A stretch of 64,000 bases of DNA from an uncultured Smithella sp. (GCA_964646755.1 CAZYIE010000006.1:2266-66265), one strand, 5' to 3'; counted from the first letter of the stretch, positions 19,866-30,926 are shown. Numbers and translations: made by a program. Notes: generated by a model from the sequence alone, not told the origin.

Positions 19866-20417
19866 CTAATCCCGCATTATCCTGTCTATGATAATTGCTG
19901 CAGCTGACCTTACTGCCAGATGATTATAATCGCCAATTCCCTTTATCGGCTCCAAACGGTAATCAGCCCTATCAACTATTTCATCAGCAATTCCCGAACC
20001 TGTACCAAAAATTAATAGATAAGGCAAATTATCATTTCTAATCTTTTTTTTCAGATCGTCACAGGTTAAAAGATTATCCTTAAAGTTGGCTCCTGTAACA
20101 ATAACTTGCGGTAAACAACCCGTTTGTTCGGTAATTTCGGCCTGAACTTCATCCAGACTGGCTTTAACCATAACCAGTTCAAAAGCTTTCCGGCGCGACG
20201 GATTGAAAACTGCCCCATACCCCTGACGCCAATGATCAATAATTGCATAGGCCATTTCCCTTTGGGCAGACAGTGGATTAACCACAAAATAATTTTGCAC
20301 ACCGTATGTTCTGGACAATCGGGCTATATCGTGAATATCCATGTTCGCAATAGATGTGGTCACGACTTTACCATCTTTGTTTAAAACCGGATAATGTAAA
20401 AGAGCTATGTAAAGCAT
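19866..20417 (-). CDS. predicted SPOUT-type RNA methyltransferase (Methyltrn_RNA_4-like)
   Basis: 183 aa in the conserved position between trmD and rplS. The N-terminus is LHYPVLNKDGKVVTTSIANMDIHDIAR. Confidence 0.6.
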   Translation of the reverse strand: MLYIALLHYPVLNKDGKVVTTSIANMDIHDIARLSRTYGVQNYFVVNPLSAQREMAYAIIDHWRQGYGAVFNPSRRKAFELVMVKASLDEVQAEITEQTGCLPQVIVTGANFKDNLLTCDDLKKKIRNDNLPYLLIFGTGSGIADEIVDRADYRLEPIKGIGDYNHLAVRSAAAIIIDRIMRD

Positions 20418-20472
20418 TATGCCCTTAAAAAAGTTGTTTCTCTTACCTTAATCGTTTCTTAAAATCAAGCCT

Positions 20473-21210
20473 TTATGTGTCTTCTAACTTAATTTGTTCC
20501 AGCTTTTTTTTATCGTCCGCCGATAATTCCATCTTTTTTAGTAAATCCGGACGGCGCTTATGCGTTCTGCGCAGTGATTCACATTTGCGCCATAGTTCTA
20601 TTTGGGCATGATTCCCCGAAACTAATACTTCCGGCACACACCAGCCTTTATAGTCCGCCGGACGAGTATATTGCGGATATTCCAAAAGCCCATCAGAAAA
20701 TGATTCACTGCATGATGACTCGGCATTGCCTAAAACACCCGGAATAAGACGGGAGACTGCATCTATCAGAACTAAGGCGGAAAGTTCGCCGCCGGTTAAA
20801 ATAAAATCGCCGATGGATATTTCCCGATCTGCTAACTGAGTTCTTATCCTCTCGTCAACACCTTCATAGCGGCCACAAATAATAATAATATGCTTTTCGG
20901 AAGCCAAATCTGCGGCAATTTTTTGATTAAATGTTTCCCCTTGCGGGGTCATTAAAACAACCTGAGAATCTAAACCACTGCCTTTGATTTCGGCTATCGC
21001 CCTTTCCACAGGTTCCACTTTCATAACCATGCCGCAACCGCCGCCATAAGGGGCATCGTCAGTCATTTTATGCTTGTCGGAAGTCCAGTTACGGATATCA
21101 TGCAGACAAACATTTATCAGACTTTTTTCCTGAGCTTTTTTTAGCAGACTAAAATTGAGGGGAGACAAAAACATCTCCGGGAAAATGGAAAGGACATCAA
21201 ACTTGATCAC
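20473..21210 (-). CDS. trmD: tRNA (guanine37-N1)-methyltransferase
   Basis: 245 aa with a GTG start and the motifs [11 protein letters not shown] and [11 protein letters not shown]. Confidence 0.94.
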   Translation of the reverse strand: MIKFDVLSIFPEMFLSPLNFSLLKKAQEKSLINVCLHDIRNWTSDKHKMTDDAPYGGGCGMVMKVEPVERAIAEIKGSGLDSQVVLMTPQGETFNQKIAADLASEKHIIIICGRYEGVDERIRTQLADREISIGDFILTGGELSALVLIDAVSRLIPGVLGNAESSCSESFSDGLLEYPQYTRPADYKGWCVPEVLVSGNHAQIELWRKCESLRRTHKRRPDLLKKMELSADDKKKLEQIKLEDT

Positions 21211-21212
21211 TT

Positions 21213-21710
21213 TTATAGCCCTTCCAGCAATCTTACAGTCATAATCTTTTTATCGACATCTATATGTTGGATCACATCGGCAATTGCCGGCAAAAGTATT
21301 TCTCTTTCACCTTTACATACATAAACATCGTTACCGCCTGTAGGGAAAATTGATTCAATTCGGCCCAAATGCTTCCCATCTTCATCATAGACATCAAGCC
21401 CGATAATATCACGCCAATAATATTCTCCCGGGGGCAAATCTTCCAGCATTTCGCCGGGTATCAGCACTTTAAACCCGACCAGCGCTTTGGCCGAATCAAT
21501 ATCATTGATATCTTTCAGTTCGAGAAAGAGCAATTTGCCGGATGCTGTAAATGCCTGGACATCATAGCTTTTTCTTTGTCCGAGGACATCTTCAAGATAA
21601 ACAAATTCCAGACCAGCAAGAATATTCTGCGTCTCCACCTGTGTCAAAACTTTCAGACAACCACGGAGACCACGAGTTTTTACGATCTCGCCAACAACAA
21701 AGAGATCCAT
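21213..21710 (-). CDS. rimM: 16S rRNA processing protein RimM
   Basis: 165 aa with the N-terminus [15 protein letters not shown] and a PRC barrel C-terminus. Confidence 0.9.
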   Translation of the reverse strand: MDLFVVGEIVKTRGLRGCLKVLTQVETQNILAGLEFVYLEDVLGQRKSYDVQAFTASGKLLFLELKDINDIDSAKALVGFKVLIPGEMLEDLPPGEYYWRDIIGLDVYDEDGKHLGRIESIFPTGGNDVYVCKGEREILLPAIADVIQHIDVDKKIMTVRLLEGL

Positions 21711-21713
21711 TTT

Positions 21714-21944
21714 TTATTCTATTATTTCCAGGACCGCTCGTTTGTGAATCTTAGTGGAAGCAGCACTCAGTATAGTGCGAATAGCCTTTGCAGTTCTGCC
21801 CTGTTTCCCAATAACTTTTCCCAAATCTTCTTTTGCTACGCGTAATTCAATCACAGATGTTTGCTCACCCGATACTTCGGTAACTTCAACTTTATCCGGA
21901 TTATCCACTAAGGCCTGAGCTATAAACTTGATCAACTCCTTCAT
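21714..21944 (-). CDS. KH-domain RNA-binding protein (YlqC-like)
   Basis: [21 protein letters not shown]...[15 protein letters not shown]. The ATG at 21944 has a GGAGG 8 nt upstream. The track ORF starts 5 codons earlier at GTG. Confidence 0.88.
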   Translation of the reverse strand: MKELIKFIAQALVDNPDKVEVTEVSGEQTSVIELRVAKEDLGKVIGKQGRTAKAIRTILSAASTKIHKRAVLEIIE

Positions 21945-21994
21945 CGCAACAACCTCCACAGAATTTGATTAGTTTTTTGAGGAAAATTAATATC

Positions 21995-22249
21995 TTACTT
22001 CAATTTAGCTTCGATACCTTTTGTTTTCAACAAGTTAGAAACAGTCAACGTAGGTTTGGCTCCTTTGGCCAACCAGTCGCGAACACGGTCTTCCTTCAAG
22101 TTAACTTCTGCCGGATTCTTTTTGGGATCGTAGTTGCCTAAAATCTCCAAGAACTTTCCATCACGAGGAAAATCGATATCCGCCGCCACAATACGATAAT
22201 AGGGCTTGCCTTTAGCACCCATACGAGTAAGTCTAATTTTAACCGCCAT
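21995..22249 (-). CDS. rpsP: 30S ribosomal protein S16
   Basis: 84 aa starting MAVKIRLTRMGAKGKPYYRIV. Confidence 0.95.
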   Translation of the reverse strand: MAVKIRLTRMGAKGKPYYRIVAADIDFPRDGKFLEILGNYDPKKNPAEVNLKEDRVRDWLAKGAKPTLTVSNLLKTKGIEAKLK

Positions 22250-22315
22250 TGATATTAAATAAAACCTCCTTAAAATAGTTTAACCTGAAATTTTTTTATC
22301 ACAGTTTATTTTAAT

Positions 22316-23644
22316 TTAAAAGGGAAAATTCCTCTTGAAGGATTTCATACCGTCTTTTGAACTAAATTTTTTCATCATTTTCTTGATATCGGCATATTGT
22401 TTTAGCAATCTGTTCACATCCTGAACAGATGTGCCACTACCTAGGGCAATTCTTTTGCGGCGCCGGCCATCAATAATCAGGTAATTAAAGCGTTCCTTTG
22501 GAGTCATGGAATCAATAATGGCTGTAATTCTGATTAATTCTTTTTCGTCAGGCTGCGCATCTTTAAGTGCCTTTATCTTGCCTAAACCGGGAATCATCCC
22601 CAAGACATCTTTGAGCGAACCCATTTTTTTTATCTGCGCCAATTGATTACGAAAATCTTCCAGTGAAAACTCGTTTTTGCGAATTTTCTTTTCTAATTGC
22701 AGGGCAGTTTTTTCATCAATAGTTGCCTGAGCTTTTTCGACCAAGCTCAAAATATCGCCCATGCCTAAGATTCGTGACGCCATTCTTTCCGGATGAAAAA
22801 CTTCCAGCGCATCAATCTTTTCGCCAATACCAACAAATTTTATCGGCTTGCCGACAACGGCCTGAAGAGAAAGAGCTGCCCCACCACGGGCATCACCATC
22901 CATTTTGGTTATAATAACGCCGTCAATACCAATAAGTTCGTTAAATTTACTGCCGACATTAACAGCATCCTGTCCGGTCATGGCATCGGTAACATAAATA
23001 ATCTCTGCGGGATTGACCATGGCTTTAATTTTTTTGAGCTCATCCATGAGCAAATCATCGATATGCAAACGGCCTGCTGTATCGATGATAACAACCTCAT
23101 AACCATCCCTTTTGGCATGATCAACGGCCCCGGCACATATTTCCACAGGATCTTTTAAATTACCGGCATTAAAAACACCGGCATTTATCTGCTTGCCCAG
23201 AACAGCAAGCTGCTCCATAGCTGCCGGCCGGTAAATATCTGCCGAGACTAAGTAAACTCTCTTTTCCCGCGACAGCAACCTTGCCAGTTTCGCAGCGGTT
23301 GTTGTTTTACCACAGCCCTGCAAACCAACCAGCATCAACACAGCCGGAATGCGGGCACCAAACTTGATATTGGTATTGGCTCCGCCCATGAGTGCTGCCA
23401 GCTGGTCATGAACAATTTTTACTACTTGCTGACCGGGGGTAATACTATCCAGGACTTCTTTGCCAATTGCTTTTGCACGCACATCCTCAATAAAATCCCG
23501 CACGACCTTAAAGTTAACATCAGCCTCGAGCAGGGCAATACGGATTTCCTTAAGGGCAACATTAACGCTTTCTTCATTTAATACTCCGCGCCCTTTTAGC
23601 TTCTTTAAAATACCCTCTAATTTTTCCGATAAATTTTCAAACAT
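22316..23644 (-). CDS. ffh: signal recognition particle protein
   Basis: 442 aa with the NG domain (GLQGCGKTTT, DTAGR) and a Met-rich M domain. Confidence 0.95.
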   Translation of the reverse strand: MFENLSEKLEGILKKLKGRGVLNEESVNVALKEIRIALLEADVNFKVVRDFIEDVRAKAIGKEVLDSITPGQQVVKIVHDQLAALMGGANTNIKFGARIPAVLMLVGLQGCGKTTTAAKLARLLSREKRVYLVSADIYRPAAMEQLAVLGKQINAGVFNAGNLKDPVEICAGAVDHAKRDGYEVVIIDTAGRLHIDDLLMDELKKIKAMVNPAEIIYVTDAMTGQDAVNVGSKFNELIGIDGVIITKMDGDARGGAALSLQAVVGKPIKFVGIGEKIDALEVFHPERMASRILGMGDILSLVEKAQATIDEKTALQLEKKIRKNEFSLEDFRNQLAQIKKMGSLKDVLGMIPGLGKIKALKDAQPDEKELIRITAIIDSMTPKERFNYLIIDGRRRKRIALGSGTSVQDVNRLLKQYADIKKMMKKFSSKDGMKSFKRNFPF

Positions 23645-23672
23645 ATTAAATTATATACCTGATATTATTATT

Positions 23673-24446
23673 CTAATTGCTGTTAACCGCTGTATTCATC
23701 CGCCTTACAACACAATGGGCTCCGGTTTTACCGGATATTTTTTCCGCCGCCGTCTGGGCATTAGCCCGGCTGGCAAAACCATCAACGACAACCCTAAACC
23801 ATTTTCCTTTTCCCGGAATATTGTTTTCTGCAATTCGCGGCTTATAGCCTAAAGTTAATAACTTTTTATTCAGTTGATCGGCCTTAGTTTTTTCTTTCAG
23901 AGAAGCCACCTGAACAGCAAACTTCTCCTCCTTGGCAGTCACGGCCTGCTCCGCCTCTTTTATTTTAGCCTCAATTTCATCTACTGTTTTTCCACTCGTT
24001 GCGGCTTGCTGCTTTTTCACGGCTGAATTAGGGCTAATCGAGGCAGCAGGGACCTCATTTTTGGGTTCGGTCAAAAGTGATTGTATCGCCGGAGCCTCAA
24101 TAGCAGGCTTCTTGTCGGGAATTGGCTGTTCCTTTGCCACTCCCTTTTTGCTGGTCAATGTGTTGAAAAAAGTCAGGTCCGGTTCTTCTTGTGCTTTGGG
24201 CTGATTTTGCGCCGCTTTATTCTCGGCTGCAGTTTGGGCGGCTCTTATTTTAGCCGGACGCCAGACAAGCGCCAATAATTTCTGGGGCACCGAAGCTATC
24301 TGTCCCGGATAAGTATCAATATTTTTGCCAACAGCAACGCCAAAGAGAAAAGTACCACATAATAGAGCGGTCATTCCTACTATTACGATAACCAGCGACG
24401 TTCTCCCCAGCTTTAATTCAAAATTTTTAATATTGCCGGAAGCCAT
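23673..24446 (-). CDS. SPOR-domain protein (membrane anchored)
   Basis: 257 aa with an N-terminal TM helix, a low-complexity linker and a C-terminal SPOR-like FAVQVASLKEKTKADQL...WFRVVVDGF. Confidence 0.8.
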   Translation of the reverse strand: MASGNIKNFELKLGRTSLVIVIVGMTALLCGTFLFGVAVGKNIDTYPGQIASVPQKLLALVWRPAKIRAAQTAAENKAAQNQPKAQEEPDLTFFNTLTSKKGVAKEQPIPDKKPAIEAPAIQSLLTEPKNEVPAASISPNSAVKKQQAATSGKTVDEIEAKIKEAEQAVTAKEEKFAVQVASLKEKTKADQLNKKLLTLGYKPRIAENNIPGKGKWFRVVVDGFASRANAQTAAEKISGKTGAHCVVRRMNTAVNSN

Positions 24447-24458
24447 AATTTATGTACC

Positions 24459-26123
24459 CTACATTTTCTCCGGTGCACTTACACCCAATATTTTCAATGC
24501 ATTTTGCAGAACGATACGAATAGTGCTCATCATAAATAAGCGGGCAGCAGTCAATTCTTGATCATCAGAGATAACCTTGTTCTTGTTGTAATAGCTATGA
24601 AATACCGAGGCCAGCTCATTTAAGTAAAACGGAATACGATGAGGTTCGAGAGTTTTGGTCGCACCGTAAATGGTTTCCGGATAACGCGCCATTATTTTCA
24701 TTAATTTAATTTCTTCCGGTTCCTGCAAAATGGCGGGATCAATATCATTAAAAGCAGGAAGCGCTATATTACGTTCCTCGGCCATTTTTAAAATGCTGCA
24801 GATGCGGGCATAGGCATATTGCACGTAAAAAACCGGGTTTTCATTAGACTGCTTTTTCGCAACTTCCAGATCGAAATCCAGATGGCTGTCCGACCTTCGC
24901 ATTAGAAAGTTGAAGCGGCTGGCATCTTTACCCACTTCATCAAGAACTTCCCGCAGTGTGACAAATTCGCCCGACCGTGTGGACATGGCTACCGGCTCTC
25001 CACCCCGCAGCAGATTCACCAATTGCACAAGAATTAATTTTAATGATTCTTTCTGCTGACCAAGCGCCTGAATTCCGGCCCAGAGCCTGGGCATATAACC
25101 GTGATGATCGGCGCCCCAGATATCTATAATCATTTTATAGCCGCGGGCATATTTATTTTGATGATAGGCGATATCGGCGGCAAAATATGTCGGTTCACCG
25201 TTTTTCCGGACAACTACGCGGTCTTTTTCATCGCCATAGGCGGTTGTCTTAAACCAAAGCGTTTCACCATCAGAATAAATGAATTCCTGCTTTTGCAGAC
25301 CATCGAGAAGGTTCGCCACGCCATCATTTTTATATAATTCTTTTTCGCTGAAAAAATAATCAAATGTAACGCCGAAATCCCGTAAATCGTCTTTAATTTC
25401 CGCGAGGATTACTTCACCGGCAATTGCCGTAAAATTCCGGATCGTCTCTTCTTCGTTTTGGGCAAGATATTTGTTGCCTGCTTTTTGAATAATTTCCTGC
25501 GCAACATCCTTGATATAATCGCCGCGATAGCAATTTTCGGGGAAATCGACCTTTTCACCCAGCAGTTCCCGATAACGAAAAAGCACCGACTTGCCTAAAT
25601 TGTTCATCTGATTGCCCGCATCGTTGATATAGTATTCCCTATCAACAGAGTACCCGGCGGTTTTAAGCAGATTAGCAATAACATCGCCAACTACCGCCCC
25701 GCGGGCATGGCCGATATGCAATGGCCCCGTGGGATTGGCGCTGACAAATTCCACCTGCACTTTTTGTTCTCCGCCAATATCCAGACAGCCATATTCTTCC
25801 TTTTGTTCCTCGATAATTTGCAGAGTATTTTGCCAGACACTTTCCTTGAGATAAAAATTAAGGAAACCGGGCCCCGCTATTTGAGTCTTTGCTAAAATAT
25901 TTTCCGGATCGACTAAATTTGCCTGAATAATTTCAGCAATTTTGCGCGGATTTTGTTTGACCTGAGAGGCCAAGATCATGGCAACATTGGATGCATAATC
26001 ACCATGTTCAGGATTACCGGGAACTTCCACCTCCATATATGGCAAATCAGCAGCCGGAATTAATCCCCCGGCCACACAATTTCGGAAAGTATCTTCAACT
26101 AATTTAGCAATTTTTATTTTCAT
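24459..26123 (-). CDS. argS: arginine--tRNA ligase
   Basis: 554 aa with the class I HIGH-like motif [11 protein letters not shown] and a C-terminal DALR domain. Confidence 0.95.
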   Translation of the reverse strand: MKIKIAKLVEDTFRNCVAGGLIPAADLPYMEVEVPGNPEHGDYASNVAMILASQVKQNPRKIAEIIQANLVDPENILAKTQIAGPGFLNFYLKESVWQNTLQIIEEQKEEYGCLDIGGEQKVQVEFVSANPTGPLHIGHARGAVVGDVIANLLKTAGYSVDREYYINDAGNQMNNLGKSVLFRYRELLGEKVDFPENCYRGDYIKDVAQEIIQKAGNKYLAQNEEETIRNFTAIAGEVILAEIKDDLRDFGVTFDYFFSEKELYKNDGVANLLDGLQKQEFIYSDGETLWFKTTAYGDEKDRVVVRKNGEPTYFAADIAYHQNKYARGYKMIIDIWGADHHGYMPRLWAGIQALGQQKESLKLILVQLVNLLRGGEPVAMSTRSGEFVTLREVLDEVGKDASRFNFLMRRSDSHLDFDLEVAKKQSNENPVFYVQYAYARICSILKMAEERNIALPAFNDIDPAILQEPEEIKLMKIMARYPETIYGATKTLEPHRIPFYLNELASVFHSYYNKNKVISDDQELTAARLFMMSTIRIVLQNALKILGVSAPEKM

Positions 26124-26150
26124 GAAAAATTATACCTTCAATCTCGACGG

Positions 26151-26218
26151 CCTCGTAAAAAGTCCGGGAATTTCCTTCCGTAAGAGACTGTGTAGCAATC
26201 CTCGTTCGTCATTGCGAC
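26151..26218. repeat. fragment of a REP/MITE-like intergenic repeat family
   Basis: It contains CCTCGTAAAAAGTCC, the same end motif as the element at 32012-32132, and the hairpin GTAGCAAT...ATTGCGAC. Confidence 0.5.
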
Positions 26219-26274
26219 ACAGGCGAATGCGCTCTCTTTAGCAGCAAACAGTCCTGATTTCTAGTTCAGAAATC

Positions 26275-26313
26275 AAAAAAAAGTGACAAACCGCATTTTT
26301 TGCTGTTTGTCAC
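26275..26313 (-). terminator. rho-independent terminator of the small Cys-rich ORF
   Basis: Minus strand: GTGACAAAC-loop-GTTTGTCAC followed by T8. Confidence 0.7.
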
Positions 26314-26342
26314 AGTGGGTTTTACATAGAAACAATTATTTT

Positions 26343-26516
26343 CTATGAGCTTTGATCTTTCTTTACTGCCGCTTCAATATCCTGATCTTTAATGGACAAA
26401 TCACGCGAATAATCAGGGCAATGGACATTACCGGAAGCATCAGTACCCACACTAAAACGTTTCTGGCAGTTCGCCCGCCAAGCACAAATCACACAATATT
26501 TTTTTTCCATACCCAT
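26343..26516 (-). CDS. small cysteine-rich protein (57 aa), unlisted in the ORF track
   Basis: Hand translation gives MGMEKKYCVICAWRANCQKRFSVGTDASGNVHCPDYSRDLSIKDQDIEAAVKKDQSS. An AGGA lies 7-8 nt upstream of the ATG and the ORF has its own terminator. The CxxC...C...HC pattern suggests metal binding. Confidence 0.5.
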   Translation of the reverse strand: MGMEKKYCVICAWRANCQKRFSVGTDASGNVHCPDYSRDLSIKDQDIEAAVKKDQSS

Positions 26517-26598
26517 AAACAAATCCTATAATTTATTTTCGAAGAACATTATAAACATATCAGCATCATGTCAAGATTTTTCTCACTCACTGGTTTAA

Positions 26599-29500
26599 TT
26601 ACTGGATGCGCATATCCTTCCAATAAAGCATGTTCGTCCGGTTGGCCGCCCCGGCGGGAGTTATATTGACCCGCTGAGTGCTGGCCGCAGTGCCGCCTCC
26701 GCCGCTCGTCGTCACGTAAAGGTCCGGTGAACCGCTCCCCGGCGGCAGAGAGATAATTGGCGCCGTAGGGATGCCGGTGCCGATGGTCATACTGCGCGCA
26801 TCACCCGGTAGTGCTCCGCCACCGGTTGTGTACTTCAGTGCATTAAGACTTGCCGTTCCCCCCTGTTCGCAGGGATCATTACCCGAGGGAGGCGTATAGC
26901 TTGTAAAATAGACCACGCCGCCGAAAATCGTCGGATCAGCCAGGATTTTCTGCCCGCTGCCGGTCAGCAGAATACGATACCCTACCCGACCTGAGGTAGC
27001 ATCATAGGTGCCGGCGTCATTCGTAATGTTGTCAATGTCGCTTACCGCATAGGTCGATGTCCGGTCATTATCTTTAACGCCGTAAAAATGTTCCTGGGCA
27101 TTGGCGGCTGTAGGGTCTGTCTTATCACCAGTTCCCCAGAATACCCAAAGGTTGCCGCTGCCATCCTTAGTTACACCCGGCATGGTGTAAATGGGACGGA
27201 TATTTCCGGAGGAGGAGTCAAAAAACATGCCACCGCTCCAGTTAGTAGTCGCTCCCGATGTCCCACAATTGGTATCGGTGGAAAGGCAGAATTTAAATCG
27301 CCACATGTTGCCCCCCAGATCCCCAATGTAAGCCGTATCGATAAAGCCGTCGTTGTCCGTATCCACAACGGAGGGAGATGCCGCCAGGCTGTATTTCATG
27401 TCACTGTTGTCCGCCTTTGTATAACTCCAGAGCACCTGCCCGTTAGAAAGGTCGATGACGAAGAACCCCTTACCCCGCGTATCGCAGGTTCCTCCACCGG
27501 AACAGTCGGCGGCATTATAGCCGGCGCCGATGAATCCGACCCACTTTTCCTTCTCCACGCCGCTCACCTTGATCCGGACCCGGCCGACCATCATCTTGCT
27601 CCAGGGATCGCCGAGATATGCAGCTTTGGCTGCCCGGGCCGTGTCGTCGGCAAAATCGATATGCCACATGTAGGCCGGATTGAGCGAATCATTCAGATTC
27701 AAGGCATGGTAGCCGCAGTAATACTTGTAGGTCGTTGTATAGAGGCTGTTGATGCCGGAGTCGCAGGATGCAGAAGAACTCCAGGCGTAATTAACTGCGC
27801 CGCGGCCCTCGGCAATAACGAGCACTGTTTTCCAATCGGCCGTTTTGCTGGTGCCGTCACCATCGCCGAGCCAGGCGTCGACCACGGTAACCGGACCATC
27901 CACAAAGTAATTATGGGTCAGCGAGGTCACGGGCGCAGTGGCACTATGGGTGGCATGGGCTATATTTTTCAATTTTGTCATCAGGTTCGGAGGCACGAAA
28001 CTCCACGCCTCGGTGAGGTTATTGGTCTTGAATGCGTGAAACTGGCCACCATTTGCTCCGGCGACAATCAGGCGGTTGCCGCTGGCAGAAGTACGCACAT
28101 GGCTCGACCGGTGAGCCGCAAACTGATTGTTGCTGTCGCGCCCATCTTCGAAGAAGGCGGACGGAGTCCCGACGGTAATGGGTGTCGAACGGAAGACGTC
28201 GCCCAACTTCCAGCCGTAGGAAACATCAGTTGTGGCATAGCCCTTGTCACCACCGCTGATAAAATCGACGACACTTGTGCATGATGTGCCGCAGGCCGCG
28301 GTGGCGGTACCCACACCGAGGTCGGCATCAAAGATATTGGCCGTGGTGAAGGACGTAAGAGCACCGCTTTTATATGTCTTGATTGTCCGTGAGGAGGCAG
28401 CCGTCAACTGCAGAACAGCCCCCGCATCCAGGAGCAGAGAACCGACGGTACCGTCGGTGTTGATCTGGTACTTTTTGAGATGTCCCTTCCAGAAGGGATC
28501 GCCATCAATCGGCTCAAATGATCCCTCGTACAGGAAATTTTCATCCTCCGTCCGGGCAGACTGAACGGACGACTGGGAAAAAGAATAATTGGCCTGGCGG
28601 ATGATGTCAATGGCTGCTTGCAGAGCCGCGGCCACCTGATCGGCATTGGCGGCCAGAAATGCGTAGCCGGACAGAGCTGCATAACCGGGATCGTTGGTCG
28701 TGGCTTTCGTATCGCTACCTGTTCCTGCTGCCGTCGTAGAGACCGTGCATGATCCGGCCGCTTCCGGAGTATAGCCGGTTATGCTTCCCGCATTGGCCTG
28801 GTTGGGATTGTCCGTGCCGCCGTAATAGGCCATCCAGTTGAGGGTGTTTTCCAGATAGTCGGGCATGGCCGCACCGAAGCCGATGACAAAAACCTTGTAG
28901 CCGGCATCAGCCAGGGCCTTGGCCCTCGCCACAGACTCACGACGCCTTTTGTACTGGGTTGTCTGGGTTTCCGATCCGTCTCCGCTGCAAGCGTAAGTAT
29001 CGGCGCCATCGCTGATCAGAATGGCAAATTTCTTCCGGCAGGCGGCGGCCGCATCTGCCGCCTTATGGTCATCAAGATACATTTTAGCCTCATGTAAAGC
29101 AATCGCGATGGGAGTGCCGCCGTTGGCGCTGGCCCCGCCGACGGAATAGGAACCGGTAGAGGAGACAGTGCAACTGGAGTTGCTGTTGCAGTAAATCTGG
29201 CTGTACTTGGAACCGATGTACCTTCTGCTGGAACTGGAGCTGCCCGGGATCTGGTTGCAACCGCCGGTATAGCTGTAGGTTCCTGTCTGTTCGGCACTGG
29301 AATCCGAACAATCATAAAAGCGCATATAGCCCATGCGGATACCGAGACTGCCCTCGTCCTGACTGTCAATGGTGCCGTTTCCCGTATCATCGAGAATTTT
29401 GAAAATGGACCGTTTGGCGATGGCCAGGCGGCTGCAGTTGGTACTGCAGCCGGATTTACCGGAATCACCGCAGAAACCGCTGCTGCAGTCGTAGGATGAT

Positions 29501-29742
29501 CCCGTACAGTTTGTCGTATCTGCCGTGCAGGAACTGTTGCCGTAAATTCGGCTGCCCCCGGCGGGATTCCAGTCCATGCTGCCCGACAGATCGAGAACGA
29601 TCAGGGCATCGGGTGATGTGGAATTGGTAAAAAGAGCTTCTTCACCCGTTTCCGGTTGCGTTGCCGACACATTGCCGGCAAAGAAAGTTACGGCTAAAAG
29701 AACAGACAGGATCAGGACGTTTGTCTTTATTTTATTTCTCAT
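26599..29742 (-). CDS. pilY1: PilY1-like type IV pilus tip protein with an N-terminal VWA domain
   Basis: 1047 aa with a signal peptide and the MIDAS-like motif LIVLDLSGSMDW. The C-terminal PilC/PilY1 propeller carries a Ca-site-like DTDNDGFIDTAYIGDLGGNMWRF. It follows the minor pilin genes. Confidence 0.85.
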   Translation of the reverse strand: MRNKIKTNVLILSVLLAVTFFAGNVSATQPETGEEALFTNSTSPDALIVLDLSGSMDWNPAGGSRIYGNSSCTADTTNCTGSSYDCSSGFCGDSGKSGCSTNCSRLAIAKRSIFKILDDTGNGTIDSQDEGSLGIRMGYMRFYDCSDSSAEQTGTYSYTGGCNQIPGSSSSSRRYIGSKYSQIYCNSNSSCTVSSTGSYSVGGASANGGTPIAIALHEAKMYLDDHKAADAAAACRKKFAILISDGADTYACSGDGSETQTTQYKRRRESVARAKALADAGYKVFVIGFGAAMPDYLENTLNWMAYYGGTDNPNQANAGSITGYTPEAAGSCTVSTTAAGTGSDTKATTNDPGYAALSGYAFLAANADQVAAALQAAIDIIRQANYSFSQSSVQSARTEDENFLYEGSFEPIDGDPFWKGHLKKYQINTDGTVGSLLLDAGAVLQLTAASSRTIKTYKSGALTSFTTANIFDADLGVGTATAACGTSCTSVVDFISGGDKGYATTDVSYGWKLGDVFRSTPITVGTPSAFFEDGRDSNNQFAAHRSSHVRTSASGNRLIVAGANGGQFHAFKTNNLTEAWSFVPPNLMTKLKNIAHATHSATAPVTSLTHNYFVDGPVTVVDAWLGDGDGTSKTADWKTVLVIAEGRGAVNYAWSSSASCDSGINSLYTTTYKYYCGYHALNLNDSLNPAYMWHIDFADDTARAAKAAYLGDPWSKMMVGRVRIKVSGVEKEKWVGFIGAGYNAADCSGGGTCDTRGKGFFVIDLSNGQVLWSYTKADNSDMKYSLAASPSVVDTDNDGFIDTAYIGDLGGNMWRFKFCLSTDTNCGTSGATTNWSGGMFFDSSSGNIRPIYTMPGVTKDGSGNLWVFWGTGDKTDPTAANAQEHFYGVKDNDRTSTYAVSDIDNITNDAGTYDATSGRVGYRILLTGSGQKILADPTIFGGVVYFTSYTPPSGNDPCEQGGTASLNALKYTTGGGALPGDARSMTIGTGIPTAPIISLPPGSGSPDLYVTTSGGGGTAASTQRVNITPAGAANRTNMLYWKDMRIQ

Positions 29743-29752
29743 GGAATCCTCC

Positions 29753-30232
29753 CTATTGATACATGGTGGATATTTCTACAGGACCGTAGCCAACGCCGGT
29801 CTGGATGGTCATTTTGGTATTGTAGGCGGTGTTGCGCCCATCCACGTTGACCACAAAACGCCTCTGCCCCCAGGTTTGGCCACCGCCGATAGAGTATCCG
29901 GTCATGGGCAGAAAAACCGGGCCGGAGCTCGGGGTGGCCGGTGTATAAATGGTATAGACGGAATAAGGATCATTGGCAGAATCCACCTGAACATTAGTTG
30001 CGGCCGATGACGCCAGACTCTGGGGATTGAAATTCTGGATCATCCGGTGAATCCCCGTCTCCGCGGCAGTCATGGCTTTTTTGTGGCCTACGTTTTGGGA
30101 ACTGACCCGCAGATCGCCGGTCGATAAATTTATGACCAGCATGGCCAGCGCAAGAAGGATGACACAGGCCATAATTGCCGTAACCAGGATAAACCCCTTC
30201 TGGGATGATAATATTCTTTTACTGTATCGCAT
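29753..30232 (-). CDS. pilX: PilX-like minor pilin/pilus assembly protein
   Basis: Hydrophobic N-terminus QKGFILVTAIMACVILLALAMLV. The start is taken at MRYSKR (30232), which overlaps the end of pilW. Confidence 0.65.
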   Translation of the reverse strand: MRYSKRILSSQKGFILVTAIMACVILLALAMLVINLSTGDLRVSSQNVGHKKAMTAAETGIHRMIQNFNPQSLASSAATNVQVDSANDPYSVYTIYTPATPSSGPVFLPMTGYSIGGGQTWGQRRFVVNVDGRNTAYNTKMTIQTGVGYGPVEISTMYQ

Positions 30233-30926
30233 GGTTCCTCGGAATGACGCTTGTGGAATAGATGAGCCTTCTGCGTTCACCGGTATTAACATCGATATCC
30301 TCGGTTTCTACCGCCAGCACAATCTCGATCCGGCGGATATTGGGAATCCCCGCCGGCAGACCGGTACTGGCAATTTCCGCACCCGTGCCGTCAAAATACC
30401 GGAAAACAGGAATGCCCAGGGTGTTGTTGATTACCAGTACCGTCCGCGGTCTGCCGCTGGCCACCGTATCGCCCAGAAATGGCTGGCCGCCGCCGCAATT
30501 CGTCTCTCTGGTAATGTACTGATTGGCCGCATCGTAGTTGTAACGGATGACTTCATTCGGATCTCCCAACATGCCGTCACCATCGCCGCCGGCGGAGTCA
30601 CCGATATCCATTTCGGCAACAATGGAAGTGGTTGTGGCCTCCTGAATGCCGCGATAGCTCTGATTTGTTGTGGCGCCTAAACAGGAGCCGGTGGGATTAA
30701 CCCAAAGACTGGATGCCGCAGTGGGATTATAAGAAACCATGCCTATTTCCATCGCCATGAGGTCGAGGGCAGGTTTCACATCCTGCTGGGCCGTCACTTT
30801 CCGTTCAATGGAGGTGGAGTGACGCTGTGTGGAATTAACCGCCATATAGACGGCAGTAAGAAGACCCATCGCTACGCCCACAGCAATCATCAATTCCACC
30901 AGCGTGAATCCTTTGACATCTCTCAT
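30219..30926 (-). CDS. pilW: PilW-like minor pilin
   Basis: Prepilin signature MRDVKG/FTLVELMIAVGV. It has an ATGA overlap with the pilV stop. Confidence 0.75.
   Translation of the reverse strand: MRDVKGFTLVELMIAVGVAMGLLTAVYMAVNSTQRHSTSIERKVTAQQDVKPALDLMAMEIGMVSYNPTAASSLWVNPTGSCLGATTNQSYRGIQEATTTSIVAEMDIGDSAGGDGDGMLGDPNEVIRYNYDAANQYITRETNCGGGQPFLGDTVASGRPRTVLVINNTLGIPVFRYFDGTGAEIASTGLPAGIPNIRRIEIVLAVETEDIDVNTGERRRLIYSTSVIPRNHAIQ

Noticed and set aside
27088-28284. A 398-aa plus-strand ORF, plus many other long ORFs antisense to pilY1 and to the island genes (for example 45845-46453, 46700-47389, 58296-58889, 59067-59735, 60560-61267 and 61397-62011).
   Set aside because: They lie entirely inside well-supported genes on the opposite strand in GC-rich DNA, where stop codons are rare. 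Their translations are low-complexity (Arg/Pro/Gly/Ala-rich) with no recognisable motifs. They are shadow ORFs.
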